The translations under genes were made by a program, and so were the position numbers. The notes under the pieces were generated by a model. The model searched no databases, had not been told where the DNA came from, and saw only the letters and a program-made list of their open reading frames with translations. A DNA stretch of 64,000 bases from an uncultured delta proteobacterium (GTDB taxonomy: Bacteria > Desulfobacterota > BSN033 > UBA1163), in NCBI GenBank assembly GCA_963827685.1, contig CAWHBU010000006.1, positions 32,001 to 96,000 of the forward strand, given 5' to 3'. Shown one piece after another: positions 38,184 through 47,904 of this stretch; positions within the stretch are counted from its first letter, which is position 1; every line of letters begins with the position of its first letter.

Positions 38184-38900
38184 ATGTTATTAGAAATCCG
38201 TGATCTGAATACCTACTACGGCACGAGCCATGTCTTACAAGGGATCTCCCTGAGCGTTGCTCAAGGGGAATTGATCGCCCTTCTGGGTCGAAACGGCATG
38301 GGGAAAAGCACAACCCTAAAAAGTATCATCGGCCTGGTCAAACCGAAATCGGGGTCGGTGATCTTTCAGGAAAAGGATATTGCGGGTTATCCGCCTTACA
38401 AGGTGGCCAGGGCTGGTATCGGTTATGTTCCTGAGGAGAGGCGGATCTTCCCCAATCTCTCCGTGCTGGACAACCTGTTCTTGGGAGTCAAGGGAGGGAA
38501 AATCGGCAATCCCAATGATCCAAGCGTATGGACAGTGGACAGAATCTTTCGCCATTTCCCCATGCTACAAAAGAGAGCCCAGCAGCCAGGGAGGTTCCTA
38601 TCCGGAGGTGAGCAGCAGATGTTAACCATTGGTCGCTCCCTGATGGGTAATCCCGGATTGTTGCTGGTTGACGAACCCACGGAAGGCCTTTCGCCGCTCC
38701 TGGTCAACGAAGTCAGGGATATCCTGGAAGAGATCAATAAAGCCGGCGTCTCCATTCTCTTGGTGGAGCACAGCATCAAGGTCGCGATGTCTTTGGCAGA
38801 CCGCGTCTACCTGATGGGCAAAGCGCATATAGGGTTTGCGGGTACTACTGAGGAGTTAAGGGCCAAACCGCAGGTCCGAGAGAAATATTTGGAAGTCTGA
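38184..38900 (+). CDS. livF: ABC ATPase
   Basis: GRNGMGKS, LSGGEQQML, DEPTEGL. AAGGAG RBS precedes ATG38184. Confidence 0.92.
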   Translation: MLLEIRDLNTYYGTSHVLQGISLSVAQGELIALLGRNGMGKSTTLKSIIGLVKPKSGSVIFQEKDIAGYPPYKVARAGIGYVPEERRIFPNLSVLDNLFLGVKGGKIGNPNDPSVWTVDRIFRHFPMLQKRAQQPGRFLSGGEQQMLTIGRSLMGNPGLLLVDEPTEGLSPLLVNEVRDILEEINKAGVSILLVEHSIKVAMSLADRVYLMGKAHIGFAGTTEELRAKPQVREKYLEV

Positions 38901-39243
38901 AATAGTTGAGTGAGGAGAAACAGCAACCACTTTTGCTTTTCACCTAAAATCCTGAGCATTTCATTTAAAACTTTCCTTTAACACTTCCCTGGGTCAGTCG
39001 ACGCTAAATTTTTTAGGCACCTTGGCTAATTCATAAATGCCTTTACGGACAGTTAAAATTCTTAATAAAATAATCGAATAGGTTAACAAGCTTATTGACT
39101 TTTGTGCGTAGCATCATTTAGTAACACTCATTAAAAGAGACTTCCCATCGATTCCCCAAAGTGGACAGCGCCTGCAAATAGGCCCAGCAATCAGCTAAAA
39201 AGGAGAATCAATAATCTATAAATCATTCGGAGGTACAACAAGT

Positions 39244-40905
39244 ATGGATCTGAAACCCTGGCATAGACATTATGATTACAATGTGCCAACGACCGTCCGC
39301 GTGCCGCGCTTGGCGATCCATGAGCTGATCCAAATTCCTGCCAACGCCTACCCGGACAAGGCCGCCCTTAACTTTTACGGGACGGAAATAACCTTCTGGG
39401 AGCTACGCCTCCTGATCATGCGGTTCGCCAACGCTTTAGGAGCCCTGGGTGTTCAGAAAGGGGAGCGGGTGGGGATCCATCTGGAGAACTGCCCCCAATA
39501 TCCAATCGCCTACTATGCAGTGTTATCACTGGGTGCGATCGTCGTGAATCTCAACCCCATGTACACGGCTGAAGAGCTTAAGCTAATGGCTAACGTCACA
39601 GGTCTGACAACCCTGATCACCTTTGACATGGGGCTTCCCGCCATCCGAGTCCTGTGTAAAGAGGCTCCTATCCCTCGAGTGATCGTAACCAAGGTTACGG
39701 ACTATATTAAAGGCAGGGGCGTAAGCACCGCAGCCAGCTTGGATCTGGAAAAGGGATGGCATCATTTCTCGACCCTCATCGACAGCGTCCAGACCAGCAA
39801 ACGCCCCCGTGTCCAGGTAAACCCGGAAGATCCAGCCTTGATTCAGTTCACGGGCGGAACCACTGGCATCCCCAAAGGAGCCGTCCTCACGCATGCCAAT
39901 GTGATTGCAGCAACCTTTCGATGCGCACTATGGGGGAATCCTTCAATTATCCTAACTCCCTACGAAAGACGCAATGTCATCGCGGTCCTGCCCTACTTCC
40001 ATGTCTACGGAAACATTGTGGTGATGAACTGGGCGCTTTTCAGTTGCGCCACTCAAATTATCGTTTCCCGGTTCCAGATTGATGAATTCATGGACCTTCT
40101 GGCCGACTTCAAAGAGATCACCTTTTTCCCTTCCGTACCCACGATGATCAACGCGGTCATTAATCATCCTAAGGCCGCAGAACTTGACCTGGACCGAAAA
40201 CTGGGCGTGTTGAGTTCTGGAGGCGCACCGATGCCAATGGAGCTCATCGAGCAGGTTAAAGATATGGGTATCTTTTTCGGGGAGGGATACGGCTTGTCCG
40301 AGTCCACGGCCCTGGGGATTTCCAATCCTATTCTGGGTCATAAAGTGGGCAGCATCGGGGTCCCCGTACCGGACAATGATGTGCGCCTCGTCAGCATCAA
40401 GGATGGGGTAACGGATGTGAAGCAGGGCGAGCCAGGGGAGATCATCATGAAAGGCCCCATGATCATGCAGGGGTACTGGAACAACCCCGAGGAAACGGCC
40501 GGACAGCTAAGAGAGGGATGGCTCTACACCGGGGATATTGCCGTGCAGGATGAAGACGACTATTTCTTTATCGTGGACCGCAAGAAGGACATGATCATCG
40601 CCGGAGGATTCAACATCTACCCCCGGGAGATCGATGAGGTACTTTTTCAGCATCCCAAAGTGCAGGAAGGAGTTGCAGTAGGCATCGCGGACAAGTACCG
40701 CGGTGAAACAGTCAAAGCGTTCATCGTCTTGAAGCCAGGGGAGACAGCCACGGCGGAGGAAATCATCGCCTTCTGCCGGGAGAAGTTGGCTGCCTACAAA
40801 GTCCCGAAGCTGGTAGAATTTCGGTCTTCGCTTCCAAAATCGGCAATCGGAAAAGTTCTGCGTAAGATCCTGCGGGCTGAAGAAGAAGCCGAGAAGAAAG
40901 GATGA
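39244..40905 (+). CDS. Long-chain fatty acid-CoA ligase (FadD-like)
   Basis: FTGGTTGIPKG, GYGLSE, YTGDIA, PKSAIGKVLR. Confidence 0.92.
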   Translation: MDLKPWHRHYDYNVPTTVRVPRLAIHELIQIPANAYPDKAALNFYGTEITFWELRLLIMRFANALGALGVQKGERVGIHLENCPQYPIAYYAVLSLGAIVVNLNPMYTAEELKLMANVTGLTTLITFDMGLPAIRVLCKEAPIPRVIVTKVTDYIKGRGVSTAASLDLEKGWHHFSTLIDSVQTSKRPRVQVNPEDPALIQFTGGTTGIPKGAVLTHANVIAATFRCALWGNPSIILTPYERRNVIAVLPYFHVYGNIVVMNWALFSCATQIIVSRFQIDEFMDLLADFKEITFFPSVPTMINAVINHPKAAELDLDRKLGVLSSGGAPMPMELIEQVKDMGIFFGEGYGLSESTALGISNPILGHKVGSIGVPVPDNDVRLVSIKDGVTDVKQGEPGEIIMKGPMIMQGYWNNPEETAGQLREGWLYTGDIAVQDEDDYFFIVDRKKDMIIAGGFNIYPREIDEVLFQHPKVQEGVAVGIADKYRGETVKAFIVLKPGETATAEEIIAFCREKLAAYKVPKLVEFRSSLPKSAIGKVLRKILRAEEEAEKKG

Positions 40906-40999
40906 TGGGGGAAAAAAGCAAAAGATAAAAAACAACAAACAAGTGTGGGCTCATCCATTAAAAGGCACCTGTCGAACCTATAATTAGCGATACATGCCA

Positions 41000-41028
41000 T
41001 TGACTTCCCTTTGGCTTAATTTTATACT
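41000..41028 (+). promoter_or_regulatory. Sigma70 promoter for aor
   Basis: TTGACT-N17-TATACT. Confidence 0.65.
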
Positions 41029-41167
41029 TTTTCCATAAAAATCGTTGTTATCAAAAAAAGCTGCGGGGGAAGGCATTCATCTTGCCTGTTCTGTTTTCCT
41101 CTGGTTGCGTGTCTCGTCGGGCCATGAAAACTGGATGAGGAATTTCATCCAATAAAGGAGTAGAACC

Positions 41168-42886
41168 ATGAAATTCTTAAGAGTCGACATGTCGCGCAAG
41201 ACCACCCGTTTTGAGGAGGTACCCCGACCTTATCTCGGTTTGGGTGGCCGTGGCCTGACCTCGACGATGATCAACGCTGAGGTGCCTCCGACATGTGATC
41301 CCCTGGGCCCGGAAAACAAGCTCATTTTCGCCCCCGGGATTTTAAGTGGGACCAGTTTGGTGAATACCAGCCGAATCTCTGTCGGCGCTAAAAGCCCCTT
41401 AACCGGCACCATCAAGGAAAGCAATGCCGGAGGCACCATCGCGGCAGCCCTGGGGCACCTGGGGATTACGGCCATCATTATCGAGAGCCAGGCAGCAAAG
41501 GGGGAACTGTTTATTCTGCGGATTGATGAAAATGGAGAGGCCAGCCTCTTACCAGCCAAGGAGTTCAAAGGAATGCGGACCTACAGCCTGGTAGATAAAT
41601 TGCTGAAGACCTATGGAGACAAGACGTCGGTCATGTGCATTGGCCCGGCTGGAGAATATCTCGTTAGGTCCGCTTCCATTCAGGCCTCGGATATCGACGG
41701 CCGCCCCTGCCGATCAGCTGGGCGAGGAGGACTTGGCGCGGTCATGGGGGCCAAAGGCCTGAAGGCCGTGGTTGTGGATCAGCGTGGAAAAAGTCCTGAT
41801 GCGATTGCCGATCCAGAAACCTTTAGAGAATCGGCCAAAATCTTTGCCCAAAAGATCAAAGACAATCCTTTTAGCGGCCAGCTCCTGCCAAGCCTTGGGA
41901 CTGCCGGATTGGTTTCCGCGGTAAACTCCATGGGCGCCTTCCCCAGTTATAATGCCACCAAAGGGGTTCTTGACGGCTGGGAAATGATCAGCGGAGAAAC
42001 TATGGTCCAGATCATGAAGGAACGCGGCGGAGGTCCCGGCCATATGGGTTGTGCCCAATGCATCATCCACTGCTCCAACATTTACGTGGATAAGCAAGGG
42101 AAATATGTTACCTCTTCACTGGAATATGAGACCATCTGGTCCTTTGGCGGCATGACCGGAATAAAAGACATGGATACCATCGCCCGCTTAGACTTCCTCT
42201 GCGATGACATTGGGCTGGATACCATAAACACCGGTGTCGCCGTCGCCGTGGCCATGGATGCAGGATATAAAAAATTTGGAGACGCCCAGGCAGCCCTCCA
42301 GATGGTGGAAGAGATTGGCCAGGGCACCGAAATGGGCAAGGTGTTAGGAAACGGCCCGGCGGCTGTGGGACGCCATTTCAACCATCTCCGGATCCCAGCG
42401 GTAAAAGGCCAGAGCATTGCCGCCTATGACCCGAGAGCCATGCAAGGAAACGGCGTGACCTATGCCACCTCGCCCATGGGTGCTGATCATACGGCCGGAA
42501 ATGTGATCGGCGAATACATGGCCCGAAAACTCAATCCTCTAAAGCCCGAAGGCCAGGTCGCAGCCTCGCGAAACGCACAGATTGCCATGGCCGCTGTCGA
42601 TTGCATCGGTCTTTGTATCCTGGCAGCAGTTGCGCTGGCCGCGCCGGAGGCAAGGGAGGCCTTGGTCAAGGCGCTGAGTGCTAAATTGGGCACCCCGCTT
42701 GGGCCTGATGCCATTCCTCAGTTGGGGGTCCGCACCTTACAGGCTGAGAGAGAATTTAATCGCAAAGCGGGCTTTACCAATAAGGATGATCGGCTTCCCG
42801 ACTTTTTCTATAAGGAAGCTCTGCCGCCTCATAATACTGTGTTCGCAATCACCGATGCGGAGCTGGACACCACGTTTTCCTTTTAA
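41168..42886 (+). CDS. aor: Tungsten aldehyde:ferredoxin oxidoreductase family
   Basis: LGGRGL, KSPLTGTIKESNAGG, GRGGLGAVMGAK, CAQCIIHC, EYET, DDIGLDTI. Confidence 0.92.
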   Translation: MKFLRVDMSRKTTRFEEVPRPYLGLGGRGLTSTMINAEVPPTCDPLGPENKLIFAPGILSGTSLVNTSRISVGAKSPLTGTIKESNAGGTIAAALGHLGITAIIIESQAAKGELFILRIDENGEASLLPAKEFKGMRTYSLVDKLLKTYGDKTSVMCIGPAGEYLVRSASIQASDIDGRPCRSAGRGGLGAVMGAKGLKAVVVDQRGKSPDAIADPETFRESAKIFAQKIKDNPFSGQLLPSLGTAGLVSAVNSMGAFPSYNATKGVLDGWEMISGETMVQIMKERGGGPGHMGCAQCIIHCSNIYVDKQGKYVTSSLEYETIWSFGGMTGIKDMDTIARLDFLCDDIGLDTINTGVAVAVAMDAGYKKFGDAQAALQMVEEIGQGTEMGKVLGNGPAAVGRHFNHLRIPAVKGQSIAAYDPRAMQGNGVTYATSPMGADHTAGNVIGEYMARKLNPLKPEGQVAASRNAQIAMAAVDCIGLCILAAVALAAPEAREALVKALSAKLGTPLGPDAIPQLGVRTLQAEREFNRKAGFTNKDDRLPDFFYKEALPPHNTVFAITDAELDTTFSF

Positions 42887-43029
42887 TGGGCCTCTTAGCT
42901 GAAGATCACATCATTGGTCTGTTGGGTATTCCGGGAGGATTAGCGCAAAACCCAATCGATGCGGGGACTTTGAATTTGGCCATATTTTTTGTAAAATTCG
43001 ATGATCTCTCTGGGGTAAAACTTCTAAGG

Positions 43030-44016
43030 TCAAAAGATCTTACTCCCCGCGGCCAGGCATTCCGCCGCCTCCTTGGCCATGGTGTCGAGAAGTTCCTTAC
43101 AGCTTAAGACCCCTTTGATCAAACCTATGGATTGGCCCACCATCAGCGGGGCACGTTCAACATTTCCCTCCTCCCAAGCTTCTTTGATCCGCTCCCCGGA
43201 AAGGAGGGGAATAAGTTCCTGCAGCCCGCCACCCCGAGCCTCAATGGCGACGATTTCTTCGATCACTTTGTTTTTCAAAGCCCTTCCCTGGAGGCCGATC
43301 GATTTCCCGAAGATCGTGGTTTCAAATTCCTGTCTCCGGATCAGTTCCTGCTTGATGTTTTCGTGAACGGCGCATTCCTGGGTGGCGATGAATCGGCTGG
43401 CCATCATGACCCCTTGGGCCCCCAGCATAAAAGCTGCGGCCATAGTGCGTCCGTCGGCAATTCCTCCCACCGCGACCACCGGGATCTTCACGGAATCGAC
43501 AATCCGGGGCGTCAGGACCATCGTGGTCACATCATCACTGAGGGGGTGTCCTCCTTCCTCGATGCCAGCGGCATAAATACCATCATATCCGGACTTCTCG
43601 GCGTGGACGGCATGGCGTACAGACCCTACCTTATGGAAAAGTTTCACCCCTGCCTTCTTGAGCATCTCCACAGCTCCTTTTCCGGCAACCTTATCCAGGG
43701 GAGCACCGGAGACCTCGATCCCGGCTATCCTCTCCTCTGTACAAACTCTTAGGTACATCTGATGATGTTCGGCCGTCATTCGCACGGAAGGAAGCACCGT
43801 GACATTGACCATAAACGGCTTGTCCGTAAGCTTTCGGGTCTCGCGGATGGCCTGGCGGAATTCTTCCTCCGTCCCATAGTTGCCAGCCGTCAGGTTCCCC
43901 ATCCCGCCGGCGTTGGAAATAGCAGCGCATAAGGACGGTTTACATAACCACATCATCCCTCCGCAGATGATCGGATACTTTATGCCAAACATTTCAGTGA
44001 TCGCTGTCTTGAACAT
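43030..44016 (-). CDS. Nitronate monooxygenase / FabK-like flavin oxidoreductase
   Basis: PIICGGM, SNAGGMG, EEGGH, GGIADG, GQSIGLI. Confidence 0.88.
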   Translation of the reverse strand: MFKTAITEMFGIKYPIICGGMMWLCKPSLCAAISNAGGMGNLTAGNYGTEEEFRQAIRETRKLTDKPFMVNVTVLPSVRMTAEHHQMYLRVCTEERIAGIEVSGAPLDKVAGKGAVEMLKKAGVKLFHKVGSVRHAVHAEKSGYDGIYAAGIEEGGHPLSDDVTTMVLTPRIVDSVKIPVVAVGGIADGRTMAAAFMLGAQGVMMASRFIATQECAVHENIKQELIRRQEFETTIFGKSIGLQGRALKNKVIEEIVAIEARGGGLQELIPLLSGERIKEAWEEGNVERAPLMVGQSIGLIKGVLSCKELLDTMAKEAAECLAAGSKIF

Positions 44017-44376
44017 AAATTCCTCGTTTCAGCAACATATCTGCTCCAAATCCGAAAAAGAGGTACCCCGGCAAAAACGGTCCTTAAACAAATCGGTAGG
44101 TTCGAAAATGATAAACCTTGATCTCTCAATTTGACCGGGCAGTTTAAAGAAGTTACTAAAATTTAAACAAGGAGTCAAATAAGAAATCGAAAGATCAAAA
44201 TTTTTTCTTGACTTTTTTCTTAGACTCTTTAGTATAAGTTTCTATTCCTTCTTCTTTTATAGAGGGACATGCAACATTTTCCCGGTTGTTCTAAAGGAAG
44301 TCTTTTTAGGCCACGGAAAGGCAGGTCCAGCATTCTGCCGATTTCTTAACGACTCAAACAAGTGAGCGACAAATCT

Positions 44377-45252
44377 ATGTGGAATACCTTCCAAGTCGTC
44401 CTCATTTACGCGTTTGTCCTCGGGTCTCTTTATCTGTTAATCTCCCTGGGCTTCTCCATCATCTGCGGCGTGCTGAGAATCTTCCATCTGGGATATGCCT
44501 ACCTCTTTACTTTGAGCGTCTATCTCACCTGGATGTTTATGAAAGAATTTGGTTTGGGATTATTCCCTGCCATTATAGGCATGGTCATCCTCCAGTTTGT
44601 TATTTCAATCCTTATTTATAAGGGGATTATCATAAAATATGTGCAGCGGGAGGAGATTCTCCTGACAGGGCTTCTCTTGTTTTCCCTCATTGTGGAGCAA
44701 GTCGTCAATTATCGCTACCCAATCCAGGCTGGCGTCTACGTACAGACGACCCTGATCAATGGAAGTTCTAAGATCGGAACGGCTGTCATTTCCAATCAGC
44801 TCCTGGCGGGAGCGGGAATCGCCCTTCTCCTTACTTTTTTATTCGTCCTTTTCTTCCTTAAAACTAAGACGGGTTTGGCGGTGCGCGCCATCTCCCAGGA
44901 TATTCTCAGCAGCAGGATCATCGGGGTTAATGTCGAGAGCCTCTATGTTTTCACTATGATGCTTGTCCTGATTCCGGTGATTGTCGGCACACTGATCGTG
45001 GCTCCGGTCTGGTCAGTGGAGCCAGGGATGGGTTCAATTTATATGACTACCGCCATCCTGGTAGCCATTCTGGGCGGCCTGGGAAACATTAAAGGAACCA
45101 TTATTGCCAGTTTTCTTATCGGCTTTACCCACTCCTTTGTGTCTTTCGTGCTGGGGGAGCCTCGATTTATGAACCTCTCGGCTTTGGTTCTGGTCATGAT
45201 CATCCTGATGGTAAGACCGCAGGGGATCGCTAAGAGTGAGGCCTTATGGTAG
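44377..45252 (+). CDS. livH: ABC permease (LivH-like)
   Basis: SLGFSIICGVLRIFHLGY, TGLAVRA, ILGGLGN. Confidence 0.85.
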   Translation: MWNTFQVVLIYAFVLGSLYLLISLGFSIICGVLRIFHLGYAYLFTLSVYLTWMFMKEFGLGLFPAIIGMVILQFVISILIYKGIIIKYVQREEILLTGLLLFSLIVEQVVNYRYPIQAGVYVQTTLINGSSKIGTAVISNQLLAGAGIALLLTFLFVLFFLKTKTGLAVRAISQDILSSRIIGVNVESLYVFTMMLVLIPVIVGTLIVAPVWSVEPGMGSIYMTTAILVAILGGLGNIKGTIIASFLIGFTHSFVSFVLGEPRFMNLSALVLVMIILMVRPQGIAKSEALW

Positions 45253-46286
45253 ATGCTGAAATTAAAAGAGACCGGATTATCATCCGCCACAAAGGGAAAA
45301 AGTGGGACTGGATGCTGGAGCCCAGATACTGGAGGAACACCTTCTTATGGGCAGCCTGCTTGCTCATCTTTCCCATCCTATGCTACTTTGTCAGCCCCAT
45401 CCTCCTGAATACGTTGATCACAGCCAATCTTTATGCCGCTATAGCCATTCCTCTGGCCCTGATGACGGTGGGAACAGGTCGGCTTAATTTTGGCCCGAAT
45501 TTCTTCGTCGGCGTTGGGGGTTATACGGCAGCGATTCTTTCCATTGCTTATGGGTGGGGACCGCTAAAGACCCTTCCTCTCGCCATCCTGATCAGCTTGG
45601 TCTCCGCTCTTCTCTTCAGCCCTTTGGTGATTTTGGCCCGAGGTCTCTACTATGTCCTGCTCACCCTCCTCCTACCCCTTGTCTTTCTCGAAGTCACCTT
45701 CATCTATTCGGATCTCTTCAAGGGAGACGTGGGCTTGGCCGGGATCAAGCTGTTGATGGACCTCGGAAATGTAAAAATCAATTTCCTGGTGATTGCCTAC
45801 CTCTCCATATTCCTGGTGCTTCTTTATCTTCTTGTCGTAAACAAAATCGTTAAGTCCCGTTACGGTTTGATTATGGCCACGATCAATGACGACGAGGAGG
45901 TGGCTCACGGAATCGGGGTGAACATTAATAAGGTAAAGATCCTGGCCTTTGTCTTTGCCGCTGGGATGATCGGCGTCGTAGGATGGTTCTATGCCCATTA
46001 CTTCGGAACGTTTGCCGGGATCACTTATCTCCCGCTCACGTTCATGGTGAAAATTCTCCTCGTCATTTTCATCGGCGGGCGGGCCCAGGTCTTTGGGTGC
46101 GTGGCCGGGGGCTATTTCGTCGCCTTTCTGGAGATGATCCTGATCGCTACCCTGGGCAATATCCAGCCCGTGGTCTTCCCGATTATTCTTTTCATCCTCC
46201 TTTTTGCCTTGCCCGAGGGCCTTTTCGGAATCTATAGGAAACGGCGGTATCGCGAGTATTTGCCGACCTTGCACGTACGGAGATAG
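45246..46286 (+). CDS. livM: ABC permease (LivM-like)
   Basis: TGRLNFG..FFVGVGGY, GLYYVLLT, DDEEVA.GIG. Confidence 0.85.
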   Translation: MVDAEIKRDRIIIRHKGKKWDWMLEPRYWRNTFLWAACLLIFPILCYFVSPILLNTLITANLYAAIAIPLALMTVGTGRLNFGPNFFVGVGGYTAAILSIAYGWGPLKTLPLAILISLVSALLFSPLVILARGLYYVLLTLLLPLVFLEVTFIYSDLFKGDVGLAGIKLLMDLGNVKINFLVIAYLSIFLVLLYLLVVNKIVKSRYGLIMATINDDEEVAHGIGVNINKVKILAFVFAAGMIGVVGWFYAHYFGTFAGITYLPLTFMVKILLVIFIGGRAQVFGCVAGGYFVAFLEMILIATLGNIQPVVFPIILFILLFALPEGLFGIYRKRRYREYLPTLHVRR

Positions 46287-46292
46287 AGTGAA

Positions 46293-47066
46293 ATGTCCGA
46301 GATCTTGAAAGTCAGAAATATCACGAAGAGTTTTGGGGGCCTCACTGCTGTCAATAAGCTTAGCTTCGACATCAGTCCGGGAGAAACGGTGGGCCTGATC
46401 GGACCGAATGGAGCGGGCAAAACAACTCTGGTTAATCTCCTCTGCGGTTCCTACTATGCGGATTCCGGTGAGATCGAGATGGACGGCAAGCTTATCACCC
46501 GGATGAAGCCATACCAACGATGCCGGATGGGTCTCAGCCGAACTTACCAGATTCCCCGCCCCTTTCCGGAGCTGACCGCCCTCATGAGCGTGGTGACCAG
46601 TGCCCTCTGCGGAAAAAAAAGGATTAACCGGGGCTTGGACGATGCTGCTGCGGAGGCGACCCATTACCTGGAATTTGTGGGGCTCTTCAGCAAGCGCAAT
46701 ATCCTAGCTCACGATCTGACCTTCTTCGAACTCCGTATGCTGGAATTGGCCCGAGCGTTGGCGACTACGCCGAAGCTTCTCTTCGTTGATGAGGTAATGG
46801 CCGGGCTCAATCCAGGAGAGGCCAACAGGGCTGTCCATCTCATTGCCCGCGCTAAGGAAGAGTTTGGTCTGACCATCTTCTGGATCGAGCACGTGATGGC
46901 AGTCTTGATGGAGGCAGCCGAGCGAATCATTGCCATTCATTTTGGCGAGAAGCTTGCTGAGGGGACTCCAGAAGAGATCGCCAATAACGACAAGGTGATT
47001 GAAGCTTATCTCGGCTCTGGATGGCGCAAAACAAATAGAGCAGAGCAAACCACGCGAAGCGCATAG
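46293..47066 (+). CDS. livG: ABC ATPase
   Basis: GPNGAGKT, DEVMAGL, IEHVM, EAYLG. Confidence 0.92.
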   Translation: MSEILKVRNITKSFGGLTAVNKLSFDISPGETVGLIGPNGAGKTTLVNLLCGSYYADSGEIEMDGKLITRMKPYQRCRMGLSRTYQIPRPFPELTALMSVVTSALCGKKRINRGLDDAAAEATHYLEFVGLFSKRNILAHDLTFFELRMLELARALATTPKLLFVDEVMAGLNPGEANRAVHLIARAKEEFGLTIFWIEHVMAVLMEAAERIIAIHFGEKLAEGTPEEIANNDKVIEAYLGSGWRKTNRAEQTTRSA

Positions 47067-47160
47067 GGCAGAGCCAAAAGACCACGCTTAATGGGATTTT
47101 TTGCTTTAGGCACTTCAGGGTAGTCGAGTTTTTTTACGCTATGCGCACTGCGCTATGCGT
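47037..47160. repeat. CGCATAG-type heptamer inverted-repeat element
   Basis: Left CGCATAG GGCAGAG; right CG CTATGCG CACTGCG CTATGCG. Confidence 0.75.
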
Positions 47161-47196
47161 TTTCAACTTTTAGGCGTTTAGGGTTCGAGGCAGACC

Positions 47197-47901
47197 ATGC
47201 TTGAGGTAAAAAACCTTCATGTATCCTATGGAGTCATTCCCGTCCTGCACGACGTCAGTTTATCAATCCAGGAGAATGAAGTTGTGGCTTTGTTAGGTTC
47301 AAATGGGGCCGGCAAGAGTACTCTCCTAAATACAATCCAGGGGATTATAAAACCTACTTCCGGAAGCATCTGGTTTTTGGGTAAGTCCATTGAAAACCTT
47401 CCTGCGCACAAGGTCATCGCCGCGGGAATTGCCCAGGTTCCCGAGGGCAGACGGCTCTTCCCTTACATGACTGTGAAGGAAAATCTCCTCCTGGGAGCAT
47501 ATCCCGGGAAGGCTTGGAAGGCTAAACAGAAAAGAATGGAATGGATCATGGAGCTTTTCCCGATTCTCAAAGAGAGAGCAAATATGCCCTCCCGTTCCCT
47601 TTCGGGAGGAGAGCAGCAGATGCTTACCATCGGCAGAGGGCTGATGGCCCAGCCCCAGCTCCTTATGGTGGATGAGCCCTCTTTAGGATTAGCTCCCGTC
47701 GTCCAGGACAATCTTTACGAGACCCTGGGAAAGCTCCGGCAGTCCAGGATCACCATTTTGCTCCCCGAGCAGAACGCGTTACGGGCCCTGGGAATTGCTG
47801 ATCGTGGCTACGTGATGCAAGATGGGAGGATCGTGCTCGAGGGAAATGCCGCCAGTTTAATGCAGAGCGATTTGGTGAAGAAGGCCTACCTGGGGAGGTA
47901 A
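47197..47901 (+). CDS. livF: ABC ATPase
   Basis: GSNGAGKS, VPEGRR, LSGGEQQML, DEPSLGLAP. Confidence 0.92.
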   Translation: MLEVKNLHVSYGVIPVLHDVSLSIQENEVVALLGSNGAGKSTLLNTIQGIIKPTSGSIWFLGKSIENLPAHKVIAAGIAQVPEGRRLFPYMTVKENLLLGAYPGKAWKAKQKRMEWIMELFPILKERANMPSRSLSGGEQQMLTIGRGLMAQPQLLMVDEPSLGLAPVVQDNLYETLGKLRQSRITILLPEQNALRALGIADRGYVMQDGRIVLEGNAASLMQSDLVKKAYLGR

Positions 47902-47904
47902 CGA

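Noticed and set aside
41029-41167. Moco/tungsten-cofactor riboswitch upstream of aor
   Set aside because: Only a small TGGATGA/TCATCCA hairpin is visible. I could not match the conserved motif core.
41168-42886. Class II benzoyl-CoA reductase BamB
   Set aside because: Stand-alone AOR-family gene of 572 aa with no bamC-I partners nearby.
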